Positions 42,944 to 53,006 of a stretch of 64,000 nt of DNA are shown here, piece after piece (position 1 is the stretch's first letter; the number at the start of each line of letters is the position of its first letter). Made by a program: the position numbers and the translations under genes. The notes beneath the pieces were generated by a model. It saw only the letters and a program-made list of their open reading frames with translations. It was not told the origin of the DNA and did no database searches. Source of the DNA: an uncultured Acidobacteriota bacterium (lineage in GTDB: Bacteria > Acidobacteriota > Thermoanaerobaculia > Multivoradales > JAHEKO01). Location of the stretch: the NCBI GenBank assembly GCA_963713825.1, contig CAVQNG010000003.1, positions 896,001-960,000 on the forward strand, in the 5' to 3' direction.

Positions 42944-43733
42944 ATGAAACGGCTTTCTATCCCAGTTGCGATGCTCTGGCTCGCCTCGCTTGCTGTTGCA
43001 GAGCAGGCGCAGGCAAGCGAGTGGAACTGGAGCATCACCCCTTATTTGTGGGGCTCAGGCGTGAGTCTGAGTGCAGAAGTCAATGATCGAGAACCGGGGA
43101 TCGGACAAGAAATCGATTTCTCGGATCTGATGGACAAGCTCAAATCGCACTCGCTGGTCGGTTCGAGGGCCAGCGCGGCAAGTTCGGGCTTTTTTGCGGA
43201 CGTCTTCCTTGTCGACTTTGGCGACGACAACAAGACGTTCGACCTCGGTGGTTCGCTTCCTGGCCAGGTGGTGGCCGAAACCAATTTGGCGTTCACCATC
43301 TTCGAGGTCGGAGGTATCTACAATCCGAAGGGGGACGGCAAGGGGGTAGCGTTACTCTATGGTGCGCGCATGCTGGACCTCGATATGAAGCTCGATGCGC
43401 AATACGACTTCGACGGGGGATCGACAGAGGGCCGCGACTACGGATTGAACAAAGCGCTTTGGGACGCCCTCATCGGGGTGCGCTACCTCGGCGATCTCGG
43501 GGATCGTTGGCGCTACAACCTCGAGGCAGATGTGAGCAGCGGCGGAACGGACCTGACTTGGAACGCTCAGGCCGGTGTGGGCTACGCCTACGGCAAGCAC
43601 AGACAGCATGCGGTCATCGCCGGCTATCGGTATATGGACATCGACATTGAGCGAGTCACCCGGTGAGCGGGTCGACATCGACATCGAGGCACAGTTGGCA
43701 GGCCCCTACTTGGCTCTGAAGTTCGGCTTCTGA
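42944..43733 (+). CDS. Outer-membrane beta-barrel protein (WxWSxTPYLW family); frameshifts near 43140-43195 and 43650
   Basis: Signal peptide, WNWSITPYLW, WDALIGVRY, DLTW, AGYRYM; C-terminus in another frame ends AGPYLALKFGF* at 43733. Confidence 0.75.
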
Positions 43734-43771
43734 GCGCCTATTGTCCAGGAGGCGTTGGGAGGGATTCAACT

Positions 43772-44371
43772 ATGAGAAGGCGCATTGCTGCCAGTCTGCT
43801 GGCCACTCTCGTTTGCACGCTCACGGTATCGGTGGCTTTGGGTCAGACGCAGGGTGCCCAGAAGGAGCCAGAGATTCCCGCGGCAAAGCAGACCAGCCTG
43901 GGGTTGTACCTGACGGCAAGCCAAGCCCTTGAAAGGTGGCAAGCCGAGCCCGAGAAGGTGAAGGTCCTCGACGTTCGCACGCTCGAGGAGTTCATCTTCG
44001 TCGGTCATGCGGAGATGGCATGGAATGTTCCCCTCGCCGTCCAGACGGATCAATGGGATGCCGAGAAGCGCCACTTCGCCATGCAGCCAGATCCCACCTT
44101 CGCATCCCGGGTGAAGGAGTTGTTCACCCCCGAGGATACGTTGCTGGTGATGTGCCGCTCCGGGGGCCGCAGCGCGATGGCGGTCAATCTGCTTGCCGAA
44201 GCCGGCTTCAAGAATGTCTACAACATCATCGACGGCATGGAAGGAGACAAGGTGGACGAGGAGGGCAATGTCTTCCACGGGAAGAGAATGAAGAACGGCT
44301 GGAAGAACTCGGGATTGCCCTGGACCTACCAGCTGGATCCGGACCGGATGCGTCTTCCCGATCGCCAATAG
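43772..44371 (+). CDS. Exported rhodanese-like sulfurtransferase
   Basis: Signal peptide; LDVRT..E...GH, active loop MCRSGGRS, G.EG, GW...GLPW. Confidence 0.88.
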   Translation: MRRRIAASLLATLVCTLTVSVALGQTQGAQKEPEIPAAKQTSLGLYLTASQALERWQAEPEKVKVLDVRTLEEFIFVGHAEMAWNVPLAVQTDQWDAEKRHFAMQPDPTFASRVKELFTPEDTLLVMCRSGGRSAMAVNLLAEAGFKNVYNIIDGMEGDKVDEEGNVFHGKRMKNGWKNSGLPWTYQLDPDRMRLPDRQ

Positions 44372-44446
44372 CCAGCTGTAGATCGAAGTACCAAGGTGGA
44401 ACCAACTGAATCGGACATCCAAGACAGGAACACTGGAGGAATCAGA

Positions 44447-45886
44447 ATGACAGCCAGAAAGAAGACCACCGCAAAGAAGACTCCCGCAACCACAGCGAGA
44501 AAGAAGGCCGCGCCGAAATCAAAGAGACGCGTCGCCGCCAGTGCCAAAGTCGAGAACTCGCAGGTCATCGGGTTGCTGGGTAAGGTCCTGGGCGCTGCAG
44601 AGGGGGTCGAGATCGAGCAGCTCCAGGGCCTTGTGGACTCCCTCAAGGAGGCCCAGGGTCAGCAGCCGGTCACCAAGAAGGCAAGCGCGCCAAAAAAGAC
44701 CGCCGCCAAGCCGGCGAAGAAGGCGGCCAAGAAAAGAGTATCCACGAAGGTGCCACTGAACTGGAAAGAGGTGTGGTACACGAACTGCCCGATGGTCTCC
44801 GCCAATAACGTTGACCAGGAGCTGGGATGGTGCCGCGAGGAGTTCAAGAAAATCGGTGTCGAGTACGATTACTTCCGCCACTCACCCGAGAACAACTGGT
44901 ACCCCCACTACATCCACAACCTCGACAACCTCATCCGATTCGGCGGTCTGAATCCCGCGATCGCGGTTCACGCCGACCTTCGCCGCACCGTGCTGTTGGG
45001 GGCGACGTGGGTCTACGAGGGTGGGGTTATGCAGGTGCGCTCCCGCGACAAGATCTTCCGGGTGAAGGATCTAAAGGGCAAGAAGATCGGCATCACCAAG
45101 AGCCTGAACACCATCAAGAATGACTGGTGGCGCATCCAGGAACACATGGGCATCGAGAACATCCTGATGCTCAACGACATGACCATGGATGACATCGAGC
45201 TCGTCGAGTTCCCCTATCCCGACGACTGGTATGACAAGCCGGAGATGCTGACCCCGCCGATGAACAACCCGTCCGAGTTGTGGATGAGGCGTGACCATAA
45301 GCATGATTACGCATTCCGCCCGCTGGAGAAGGCATTACTCGACGGTACCGTCGATGCTATCTACAACCAGATGGGACAATTGGGACAGCTCTCGGAGGCC
45401 ACGGGCGAAATCAAAGCCATATTCGACCTGTCCAAGCTCCCGGACTGGACGATTCAGGTCGCCAACACTCCCGCGGTCATCACCTGCACCGACGTGATGG
45501 CCGAGAAGCACCCCGAGTTGGTTGTCGCCTACATGAAGGCCATGATCAAGGTCGGGCGCTGGGCCAATGAGCACAAGCGCGCTGCGGCGGTGATCCTCGA
45601 CCATCAGACCTTTTACCTGGACGCCGAGCACACCTACCAGGGCATCAAGCACGTCGACATGGTGCCGAGCCTGAGTGCGCAGAACCTGGAGTGCATCAAC
45701 ATCGGCAAAGATTTTATGTTCAGTCACGGCTACACGAAGAACGACTTCGATGTGAACGAGTGGGCGGCCCCGGAGTTCCTCGAGCAGGCGGCGACTGAAT
45801 TGCTCATGGAGGAATGGGAAAAAAGGAGCTGGAGCAAGCTTCCGGAGGGCGGCGGGCTCGAGGTCGAAGGTACACGCCTCGGCTAG
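44447..45886 (+). CDS. DszB-like desulfinase / SsuA-type binding-fold protein with Lys/Ala-rich N-terminal extension
   Basis: YTNCP (compare DszB YSNCP) and H...RFGG (compare DszB H...TRFGG), DLKGKKIG; about 100-aa KKTAAK-rich N-terminus; no signal peptide. Confidence 0.72.
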   Translation: MTARKKTTAKKTPATTARKKAAPKSKRRVAASAKVENSQVIGLLGKVLGAAEGVEIEQLQGLVDSLKEAQGQQPVTKKASAPKKTAAKPAKKAAKKRVSTKVPLNWKEVWYTNCPMVSANNVDQELGWCREEFKKIGVEYDYFRHSPENNWYPHYIHNLDNLIRFGGLNPAIAVHADLRRTVLLGATWVYEGGVMQVRSRDKIFRVKDLKGKKIGITKSLNTIKNDWWRIQEHMGIENILMLNDMTMDDIELVEFPYPDDWYDKPEMLTPPMNNPSELWMRRDHKHDYAFRPLEKALLDGTVDAIYNQMGQLGQLSEATGEIKAIFDLSKLPDWTIQVANTPAVITCTDVMAEKHPELVVAYMKAMIKVGRWANEHKRAAAVILDHQTFYLDAEHTYQGIKHVDMVPSLSAQNLECINIGKDFMFSHGYTKNDFDVNEWAAPEFLEQAATELLMEEWEKRSWSKLPEGGGLEVEGTRLG

Positions 45887-45994
45887 CCGGCAGGAGGCGG
45901 CTCAGCAAAGGGTTCGAAGCGGATGTCCCCGGCGTGCCGTACGGCGCGCCGGGAGATGCCCGCGGGCAACCGAGTGCGGGCCAGGGAGGAAAGC

Positions 45995-46831
45995 ATGAGC
46001 GTCACCTACAAACTCGACACCATGATCGAGGCCGACGAGAGCCTGTGCATTGGATGTGGGAGCTGCATCCGCGCCTGTCCGGGTGGTCTCATCACCAAGC
46101 AGGATTTCCCTGTTCCCGTCGAGAACGGGTGGGACCTTTGCATCGACTGCGGCCATTGCGTGGCGATCTGTCCTACCGAGGCCATGCACCAGCGCTCGAT
46201 GGGCCCCGAGGATTGCCAGCCGATCGACATCCACCTCATCCCCAGGTGGGATCGGGTCAGGCAGTACCTGATCTCGCGGCGTTCGATTCGGGGCTACATC
46301 AGCAGGCCCATCGAAAAGGACAAGATCCTCGAGCTGTTGGAGGTCGCCCGTTACGCTCCCAACGGAGCGAATCGCCAGGTGGTGCGCTGGCTGGTGATCA
46401 ACGACCCGGCGAGAGTCCACCGGATTGCCGAGATGACGATCGACTGGATGAAGCTCATGAAGGAGACGAACCGCGCGCTCTACGAGGAGGCCAAGCTCGA
46501 GTTGTTTATCGAGCCGTGGCAGCTGGGTCAGGATCGTATCTCCAGGGGGGCGCCTTGCGTCATGGTGGCCTATGCACCGAAGGACGAGCGGACCGCGCCG
46601 CCCGCCGCAATGATAGCGATCCACCAGATCCAGCTCGCGGCACCCGCTCTCGGCCTGGGGACGACTTTCTCCGGCAGCATCAACACCGCCGGTCAGTCCT
46701 ACGATCCCTTGATCGAGGTCTTCGGGCTGCCGGAGGGACATATCCCGCATGGGACGTTCTTGATCGGACACCCGGCCGAGAAGTACCAACGGATTCCAGT
46801 GAGAAGGCCTGTCGACGTGACCTGGCTTTGA
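45995..46831 (+). CDS. Nitroreductase family protein with N-terminal 2[4Fe-4S] ferredoxin domain
   Basis: CIGCGSCIRACP, CIDCGHCVAICP; RRSIR, APNGANRQ, LGLGT motifs. Confidence 0.9.
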   Translation: MSVTYKLDTMIEADESLCIGCGSCIRACPGGLITKQDFPVPVENGWDLCIDCGHCVAICPTEAMHQRSMGPEDCQPIDIHLIPRWDRVRQYLISRRSIRGYISRPIEKDKILELLEVARYAPNGANRQVVRWLVINDPARVHRIAEMTIDWMKLMKETNRALYEEAKLELFIEPWQLGQDRISRGAPCVMVAYAPKDERTAPPAAMIAIHQIQLAAPALGLGTTFSGSINTAGQSYDPLIEVFGLPEGHIPHGTFLIGHPAEKYQRIPVRRPVDVTWL

Positions 46832-46847
46832 GAAATCGGAGGAATCG

Positions 46848-47708
46848 ATGAACGAAGGCAAACCACAGACACGCATGCAGCGGATCGGCTACCGGCAGCC
46901 GACCGATGCTGCGGAGCCGGAACATCCCGTCCTCGTCGAGTACGTCAGCGACGGGCGCGTGGCGGTCGTCACCCTCAATCGGCCGCACGCCGACAACGCG
47001 ATCACGACGGAGCTGGCGGCACACCTCATCGAAGCGCTCGAGACGATTGCGGCCCGTGTCGAAGTCCGCGTCGCCATCCTTCGAGGAGCCGGCGAGCGCG
47101 CCTTCTCGGTCGGTGGCGACCTCTACGAGCGCAAGAACATGACGAAAGAGCAATGGCTTCGTCAACGCCAGGTCTTTGATCGCCTCCTCTACACGCTGCG
47201 CCAATTGCGCAGGCCGATCATCGCCGCGGTCCACGGGATGGCCTACGGTGGCGGCTGCGAGATGGCCATGAGTACGGACTTCATCATCGCCGCCGAGGAC
47301 GCCGTCTTCGGTCAGCCCGAAGCGATGGTCGGCTTGAGCGCCGGCGGCGGCTCGCCGGTCTTCCTGCCGCGGGTGCTGCCCCCTGGCAGGGCCATGCAGA
47401 TGCTGATGACCGGAGAACCTATCACCGCCAAAGAGGCCCACCGGCTTGGCATGGTCAACGAGTTACACCCCAAGGCCGAGCTCATGGATGCGGTGCTCGG
47501 CATCGCGGAAAAGATCGTGGCGAATTCGCCGACGGCGGTCCAGGCGGTCAAGCACGCCGTTCAAATGGGGCAGGGCGAGCCCGTCGAGCAGGCAGTCGCC
47601 ATCATGATGGATGAGCACTGGCGCTCGGTCGTTCATCCCGACCGCGTCGAGGGAATCCTCGCCTTCAACGAAAACCGGGAGCCGGAGTATGTCGATCCGG
47701 ACTTCTGA
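46848..47708 (+). CDS. Enoyl-CoA hydratase/isomerase (crotonase) family protein
   Basis: TLNRP..NAI, AFSVGGDL, AYGGGCE, FGQPE (both catalytic Glu residues present). Confidence 0.92.
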   Translation: MNEGKPQTRMQRIGYRQPTDAAEPEHPVLVEYVSDGRVAVVTLNRPHADNAITTELAAHLIEALETIAARVEVRVAILRGAGERAFSVGGDLYERKNMTKEQWLRQRQVFDRLLYTLRQLRRPIIAAVHGMAYGGGCEMAMSTDFIIAAEDAVFGQPEAMVGLSAGGGSPVFLPRVLPPGRAMQMLMTGEPITAKEAHRLGMVNELHPKAELMDAVLGIAEKIVANSPTAVQAVKHAVQMGQGEPVEQAVAIMMDEHWRSVVHPDRVEGILAFNENREPEYVDPDF

Positions 47709-47804
47709 TGTGCGCTCTCTACAGGCTTCACGAACTGTCCAAAGATCGTCCCTCGGCGCGCTGAGGGATTGGGACCCAACCCGAGGACAAAGGAAGATAC
47801 GAAC

Positions 47805-49499
47805 ATGAAAGTCATCATCGTTGGCGGAGTGGCCGGCGGGGCGTCGTGTGCGGCGCGTCTGCGCAGGCTGGACGAAAAAGCGGAAATCCTCATGGTGGAA
47901 CGCGGACCGTACGTCAGTTACGCAAACTGCGGACTCCCGTACCACATCTCGGGAGTGATCCCACAGGAGTCGAGTCTTCTCGTCGCCAACGAGCAGGTGT
48001 TTCGCGCCCTCTACGGCATCGATGTGCGGACCAGCTGTGAGGCGGTCGCCATCGACCCGAAGAAGAAGACCGTCGATTTGAAGAACGTCGAGACCGGCGA
48101 GGTGACGACCGAAAGCTACGACAAACTGGTGCTGTCGCCCGGTGCCGCCTCGGTCCATCCGCCCCTGCCCGGTATCGACCTGCCCGGGATCTTCCACGTG
48201 CGGACCGTGCCCGACGCGCGAACCATCAAAGAGTGGGTCGCGGGAGGCACCGACTTCCTGGCGGGGATGTCCAAGTACGCGGGGATTCAGTACGTCAAAC
48301 CGACGACGCGCGCCGTCGTCATCGGCGGCGGTTTCATCGGTCTCGAGACGGCGGAGAACCTGGTGCACCTGGGGTTCGACGTGACCCTTCTCCAGAAGCT
48401 GCCTCAGTTGCTGGGTCCGCTGGACCACGAAGTCGCGCGCCTCGTCGAGGAACACGTGAAGAGGCACGGCGTCAACGTCGTCCTCAACGACGCCGCGGCG
48501 GGGTTTGCTGAGCTGGAGGGCGGTGCGATCGAGGTGCAGACTGCTTCCGGCAAGACCTACCCTGCCGACATCGTGATTCTCGCGATCGGCGTGCGGCCGG
48601 ACACCACGCTGGCGAAGGCGGCCGGGCTGGATATCGGCGACCGCGGTGGGATCCGCGTCGACGATCACATGCGGACCTCCGACCCGGACATCTTCGCGGT
48701 CGGCGACGCCATCGAGGTCAAGGACGTCGTCACCGAGGAGTGGAGTCTGATGGCGCTGGCCGGGCCGGCGAACCGGCAGGGCCGGATTGCAGCCGACGTC
48801 ATCGCCGGGCGAGACTCCCGCTTCCGCGGCACCCAGGGCACTGCGATCATCGGACTCTTTGGCGGCGCCGCCGCCTGGACGGGAATCAACGAAAGGACGC
48901 TCGAGAGGCTCGGCGAAGACGACTACGAGAAGGTCTTCATCTTCCCGAACTCCCACGCCGGCTACTTTCCCGGCGCCAAGATGATCGGCATGAAGATCCT
49001 CTTCCGCAAATCCGACGGCCGTCTCCTCGGAGCGCAGGCGCTCGGCCATGATGGACCGGCGGTGGACAAGCGGATCAGCGCGCTGGCCGTGGCCCTGCAG
49101 ATGGGCGCGACGATCTACGATCTCGAGGAGGCCGAGCTCTGCTACGCGCCCCAGTTCGGCAGCGCCAAGGACCCAGTCAACTACGCTGGGATGGTCGCCG
49201 CCGACGTCCTTCGCGGCGACATGCCTATCGCGCACTGGGACGGCATCGGCGACGCCTTCCTGCTCGACGTCCGCCAGCCTGTGGAACTGGTCGTCGAGTC
49301 GGTTCCCGGCGCGGTCAACATTCCGTTGCCGGAGCTCCGCGCGCGCCTGGATGAGCTGCCGAAGGACCGCGAGATCCTGATCATCTGCCGCTCTGCGCAG
49401 CGTGCCTACTACGCGACGCGGATCCTGCTACAGAACGGTTTCAATGCTCGGAACCTCTCCGGCGGCATGCTGGCGCGGGCGATGCAGACAAGGGTCTGA
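47805..49499 (+). CDS. CoA-disulfide/persulfide reductase with C-terminal rhodanese domain (Npsr/CoADR-RHD type)
   Basis: GGVAGG FAD motif, SYANCGLPY redox Cys, GGGFIG NAD(P) motif, CYAPQFGSAKDPVN, C-terminal DVR...CRSAQR. Confidence 0.92.
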   Translation: MKVIIVGGVAGGASCAARLRRLDEKAEILMVERGPYVSYANCGLPYHISGVIPQESSLLVANEQVFRALYGIDVRTSCEAVAIDPKKKTVDLKNVETGEVTTESYDKLVLSPGAASVHPPLPGIDLPGIFHVRTVPDARTIKEWVAGGTDFLAGMSKYAGIQYVKPTTRAVVIGGGFIGLETAENLVHLGFDVTLLQKLPQLLGPLDHEVARLVEEHVKRHGVNVVLNDAAAGFAELEGGAIEVQTASGKTYPADIVILAIGVRPDTTLAKAAGLDIGDRGGIRVDDHMRTSDPDIFAVGDAIEVKDVVTEEWSLMALAGPANRQGRIAADVIAGRDSRFRGTQGTAIIGLFGGAAAWTGINERTLERLGEDDYEKVFIFPNSHAGYFPGAKMIGMKILFRKSDGRLLGAQALGHDGPAVDKRISALAVALQMGATIYDLEEAELCYAPQFGSAKDPVNYAGMVAADVLRGDMPIAHWDGIGDAFLLDVRQPVELVVESVPGAVNIPLPELRARLDELPKDREILIICRSAQRAYYATRILLQNGFNARNLSGGMLARAMQTRV

Positions 49500-49563
49500 G
49501 CTGATGAAGCGCGACGAACCCACTGCGGGACTGCGTAAGGTCTTACATCGACAGGGGGCATGA

Positions 49564-50040
49564 ATGGACACCATGCCGGAGCTGTTTTCTCGTGGGGTCG
49601 AGGAGCTCCTCGGGCGTGCGGGTGGACCGCTTCGCTTTCGACTGGTGGTCATGCCAACCGTGGTCGTCATCCTCGCGATCCGAGCCCACCTGAAGGATGT
49701 CCGGGAGGGAAAGTCGGTCCGGGTGGGGGCTTTCCTCGCGAGCCCGACCGAGCGCCGACGGCTCCTCCGTTCCGCGCTGCGAGACATCTCGAGAGTCTTC
49801 ATCGTGGCGTGCGTGCTGGACACCACCTATCAGCTCCTGGTTCTACGAGCGTTCCACCCTGGCCAGATGCTGATCGTGGCCGTGGTATGCGCCATCGTGC
49901 CGTATGTCCTGATCCGCGGCCCGGTCACGCGTCTCGTTTACTTCCTGCAACGGCGTTGGGACAGCGCTGCCGAACCAACGACGGCCACCACGAATCCGGA
50001 CGCCGAAAGCCACGGGAAACAGGAGTCAGCCGATGAGTGA
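49564..50040 (+). CDS. Hypothetical membrane protein
   Basis: GPL.FR..MP, D..YQ, PY.L.RGP pattern with 3 hydrophobic segments; overlaps the SulP start. Confidence 0.7.
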   Translation: MDTMPELFSRGVEELLGRAGGPLRFRLVVMPTVVVILAIRAHLKDVREGKSVRVGAFLASPTERRRLLRSALRDISRVFIVACVLDTTYQLLVLRAFHPGQMLIVAVVCAIVPYVLIRGPVTRLVYFLQRRWDSAAEPTTATTNPDAESHGKQESADE

Positions 50041-51797
50041 AGAGAGATCCGGCGTTCTCGCCAAGATCAGCTGGCCCCGTCCGTTCGCGGGACTGCAAGG
50101 CGTCAAGGTGGCCGACGTCCCACGGGAGATCTCGGCGGGCATTACCCTGGCCGCCCTGATGATCCCGCTGAACATCGGCTATGCGCAGGTGGCCGGTCTG
50201 CCCCCCGTTGCGGGTCTCTACGCGGCCATCATCCCGCTGGCGGTCTTCGCCTTGCTCACGAGCTCGCGCCACCTGGTGACGAGCCCCGATGCCTCCATGG
50301 CCGGGCTGGTCGGCGCCGCCCTGGTCGCTTTTGCCGCACCCGGGGACCCGCTGCGTCTACAGTTCGCCCTCGCTCTGGCTGTGATTTGCGGCTTGGTGTT
50401 CTTCGTCTTCTGGTTCTTCCGGCTGGCATTCCTCGCCAACTTCCTGTCTCGCGCCGTGATGGCGGGCTTTATCACCGGCCTCGGCATCGAGGTCTTCACC
50501 AACCAGGTGCGGAAGATCCTCGCCGCGCCCCACGTGGAAAGCGCGGCCGGGGCGCTGGCAGCGGCGGAACGGCTCAAGGATGCCATGGCGAGCTCTGTCG
50601 AGACCGAAGGCTACTTCGTGGAGTTGGTGGCCCTGTTCGAATCCATCCCCAGGGCCAATCTGTACTCGGTGGCGATCGGAGTCTCCGCTTTCTTGATCGT
50701 CCGTCTAATGAAACGGTACACGCCGAAGATCCCTGGAGCATTGGTGGCCCTGGTGCTGCTGACGGTCATCGTCGCGGTGTTCGATCTCGCTGCCAAAGGA
50801 GTCGGCGTGCTCGGTGAGATGCCTTCGGGCCCACCGGCGTTGACCGTGCCCGCCATCCCCTTGGCCGACTACCTGCGGCTGCTGCCAAGCGCCCTGGCGA
50901 TCGTGGCCATTCTTCTCTGCGAAGGTCTCCTCGTGGTCCGCAGCTACAGCAGCAAGTACGGATACAAGGCGGACGGCGATCAGATGCTGTTCGCCTGGGG
51001 TGCGGCCAACCTCGCGGCCGGCTTCACCGGCTCGATGATCACCGGCAACAGCCCCTCCCGCTCGGCGGCGATGGATGGCGCGGGCTCGCGCAGCCAGATG
51101 TCGAGCCTGGTGGCGGCGGGAACGATCACGCTGGTGATGCTCTTCTTTACCGACATGCTCGCTTTCCTGCCCAACGCGGCCCTGGCCGGGATCGTGGCCA
51201 ATGCGGTGCTGTCGCTGATCGAGGTCCATGAGCTCCGCGAGCTGTGGCGGATGCGCCGCTCGGACTTTTGGATCGCCGCCACCTGTCTTCTCAGTGTGCT
51301 GGCCCTGGGTCCGCTGCGCGCCGTCCTCATTGCCTTCCTCCTGTCCACCATCGACGTCATCCGGCGGGCGTCCAGTCCGGACACATCGGCGCTGCTGGAA
51401 GCTCCCGACGGTAGCTATTTCACTCCCGCGGTCGACAGCGACGGCATCAGTACGCAGGGTCTGGTCATCTATCGATTTCGGGGCCCCGCTGTACTTCGCC
51501 AACGCGACCCTGTTCCTCGAAGAGGTCGAGCAGTTGGTCGCCCAGGCGCCCAGCCCTGTCCGCTGGTTCGTGCTGGACGCGGAAGCGATGATCGACATCG
51601 ACACCACCGGCGCGGAGGTCCTGCGGCAAGCGATCACCATCTTGGCCGATCGCGACGTCACCTTCGCCGTCAGCCGCGCCGACCGGTCCTTCCGCTCATG
51701 GCTGGAGAAATACGAGCTGATGGAGCTGATCGACTCGAGCCGTTTCTACCCGACCAACCGACACGCGGCGGCAGCATTTCGCGAGGATCCGGAGTGA
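50033..51797 (+). CDS. SulP/SLC26 anion transporter with STAS domain; +1 homopolymer frameshift near 51478
   Basis: AGITLAA..IP..IGYA..AGLPP..GLY signature; STAS GAPLYFAN, DIDTTG in ORF 51228-51797. Confidence 0.9.
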
Positions 51798-51801
51798 GTG
51801 A

Positions 51802-52075
51802 ATGCACGAGCTGGCGCAGGTCGGTGAGCAGGAGAACATGGCCGACCTGCGTGCCGCGCGCATCGGCGTGATCGTCAATTCAAAGAGCCACCGGAAGTGG
51901 ATCTTCACCTTCACCGCCGACCGTCACGAAAAGAGGACTAGGGAGGACGCCAAGTGGCAGGTCTACGACCTCGAGATCGAAATCCCCATCGGCCCGGTGA
52001 AGCTTACCCTCGGCAAGCAGGAGGAGCCGTTCTCCTTCGAGATGGTCGGGCTGTTTCCGACGCTGCCGCGCAAAG
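51802..52075 (+). pseudogene. Fragment of a phosphate-selective (OprO/P-like) porin
   Basis: DLRAARIG and LTLGKQ.EPFSFE motifs; no signal peptide or C-terminus. Confidence 0.5.
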
Positions 52076-52079
52076 GTCG

Positions 52080-52300
52080 CATCTCGGTGCATGGTGAGAA
52101 ACACCGCGGGCGGGTCATCTCTACCCTGCCGTCCACCAATTGCACACGTTCGCGGATGCTCGCCATGCCGAGACTTCTGCCGATGCTTGAACTCGCGGTC
52201 TCGAACTCGAGGCCTCTCGGCTGGATGCGGAGAGTGCCCACGGTCTCCCGCCACAGACAGCCCTGTAGAAGCAGGTGCGCGGCAATCTCAGGCGCCATAG
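52080..52300 (-). pseudogene. Inverted fragment of a HisKA_3-type histidine kinase ATPase domain
   Basis: SLGMASIRERVQLVDGRVE resembles HLGIASMHERVSLLGGRLE of 31705-32913. Confidence 0.55.
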
Positions 52301-52440
52301 CCTTGCTGCTCGGAAAACCAAGTTCCTACTGCGCTCCAACATCCATTCAAGCGCCGCAGTCTCTGGCTTCCCGCCCGCGCGTTTCTCAGCAGCCTGATAG
52401 GATCGAGATGGCGATTTGGAGGGAATAGACCGATGCATGA

Positions 52441-52809
52441 CGTGCGCTCGAAGCCGGGGCGTCGGGCTTCGTCCTCAAGCACTCGGCGTCGGACCAATTG
52501 ATCGCAGCCATACGCGCCGCACTCGAGGGCGGGACCTACCTTGCGCCGCAGCTCGCGGGGGAGGTCCTGGAAGCGATGAAGAAGGGGTCAGAGAGCGCTG
52601 GCGACCCGGTCAGTGCCCTCACGCCGCGCCAGCGGGAAGTTCTCCAGCTCCTGGTGGAAGGGAGTTCGGCGAAAGAGATCGCCTCGAGTCTTGCGATCTC
52701 GGCCCGGACAGTGGAGTACCACAAGTACGAGATGATGGAAACCCTGGGCATTCACACCAATGCCGAGCTGATCCACTTCGCCCTCAAGCACGGTCTCGTC
52801 GAGCTCTGA
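52441..52809 (+). pseudogene. 5'-truncated NarL/LuxR response regulator (paralog of 32910-33551)
   Basis: RALEAGASGFVLKHSA...LTPRQREVLQLL..TVEYHKYE..AELIHFALKHG; an in-frame TGA at 52438 precedes it and the phospho-Asp region is absent. Confidence 0.75.
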
Positions 52810-53006
52810 CCTTGGACTGGATCTGGAGACGCTCCCAGCGGAAGCCTTCCGTCGCGCCGTTTCGCACCGACACCGATCGCTGGATCCGGAATGCCGGCTC
52901 GGGAGAGATCGATCGAAGCGGCGGAACCAATCCCGGAACTGGTGAGAGAATCGTGGCAAGGATCCAGACCCTCAGGCGAATAGCCAAATACAAAGTAGGT
53001 GACACG

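Noticed and set aside
43664-43666. TGA as selenocysteine or readthrough in the OM barrel
   Set aside because: The natural C-terminus lies in another frame (ending LKFGF at 43733), so this is a frameshift; no SECIS-like context seen.
45830-45886. Encapsulin or microcompartment targeting peptide on the DszB-like protein
   Set aside because: C-terminal GGGLEVEGTRLG does not match the GSLxIGSL-type consensus well, and no shell gene is in the window.
47463-49235. Long antisense ORFs (590 aa here; also 3657-4946, 55012-56070, 59889-61376, 61917-63110)
   Set aside because: Shadow frames opposite well-supported genes in GC-rich DNA, with no recognisable motifs.
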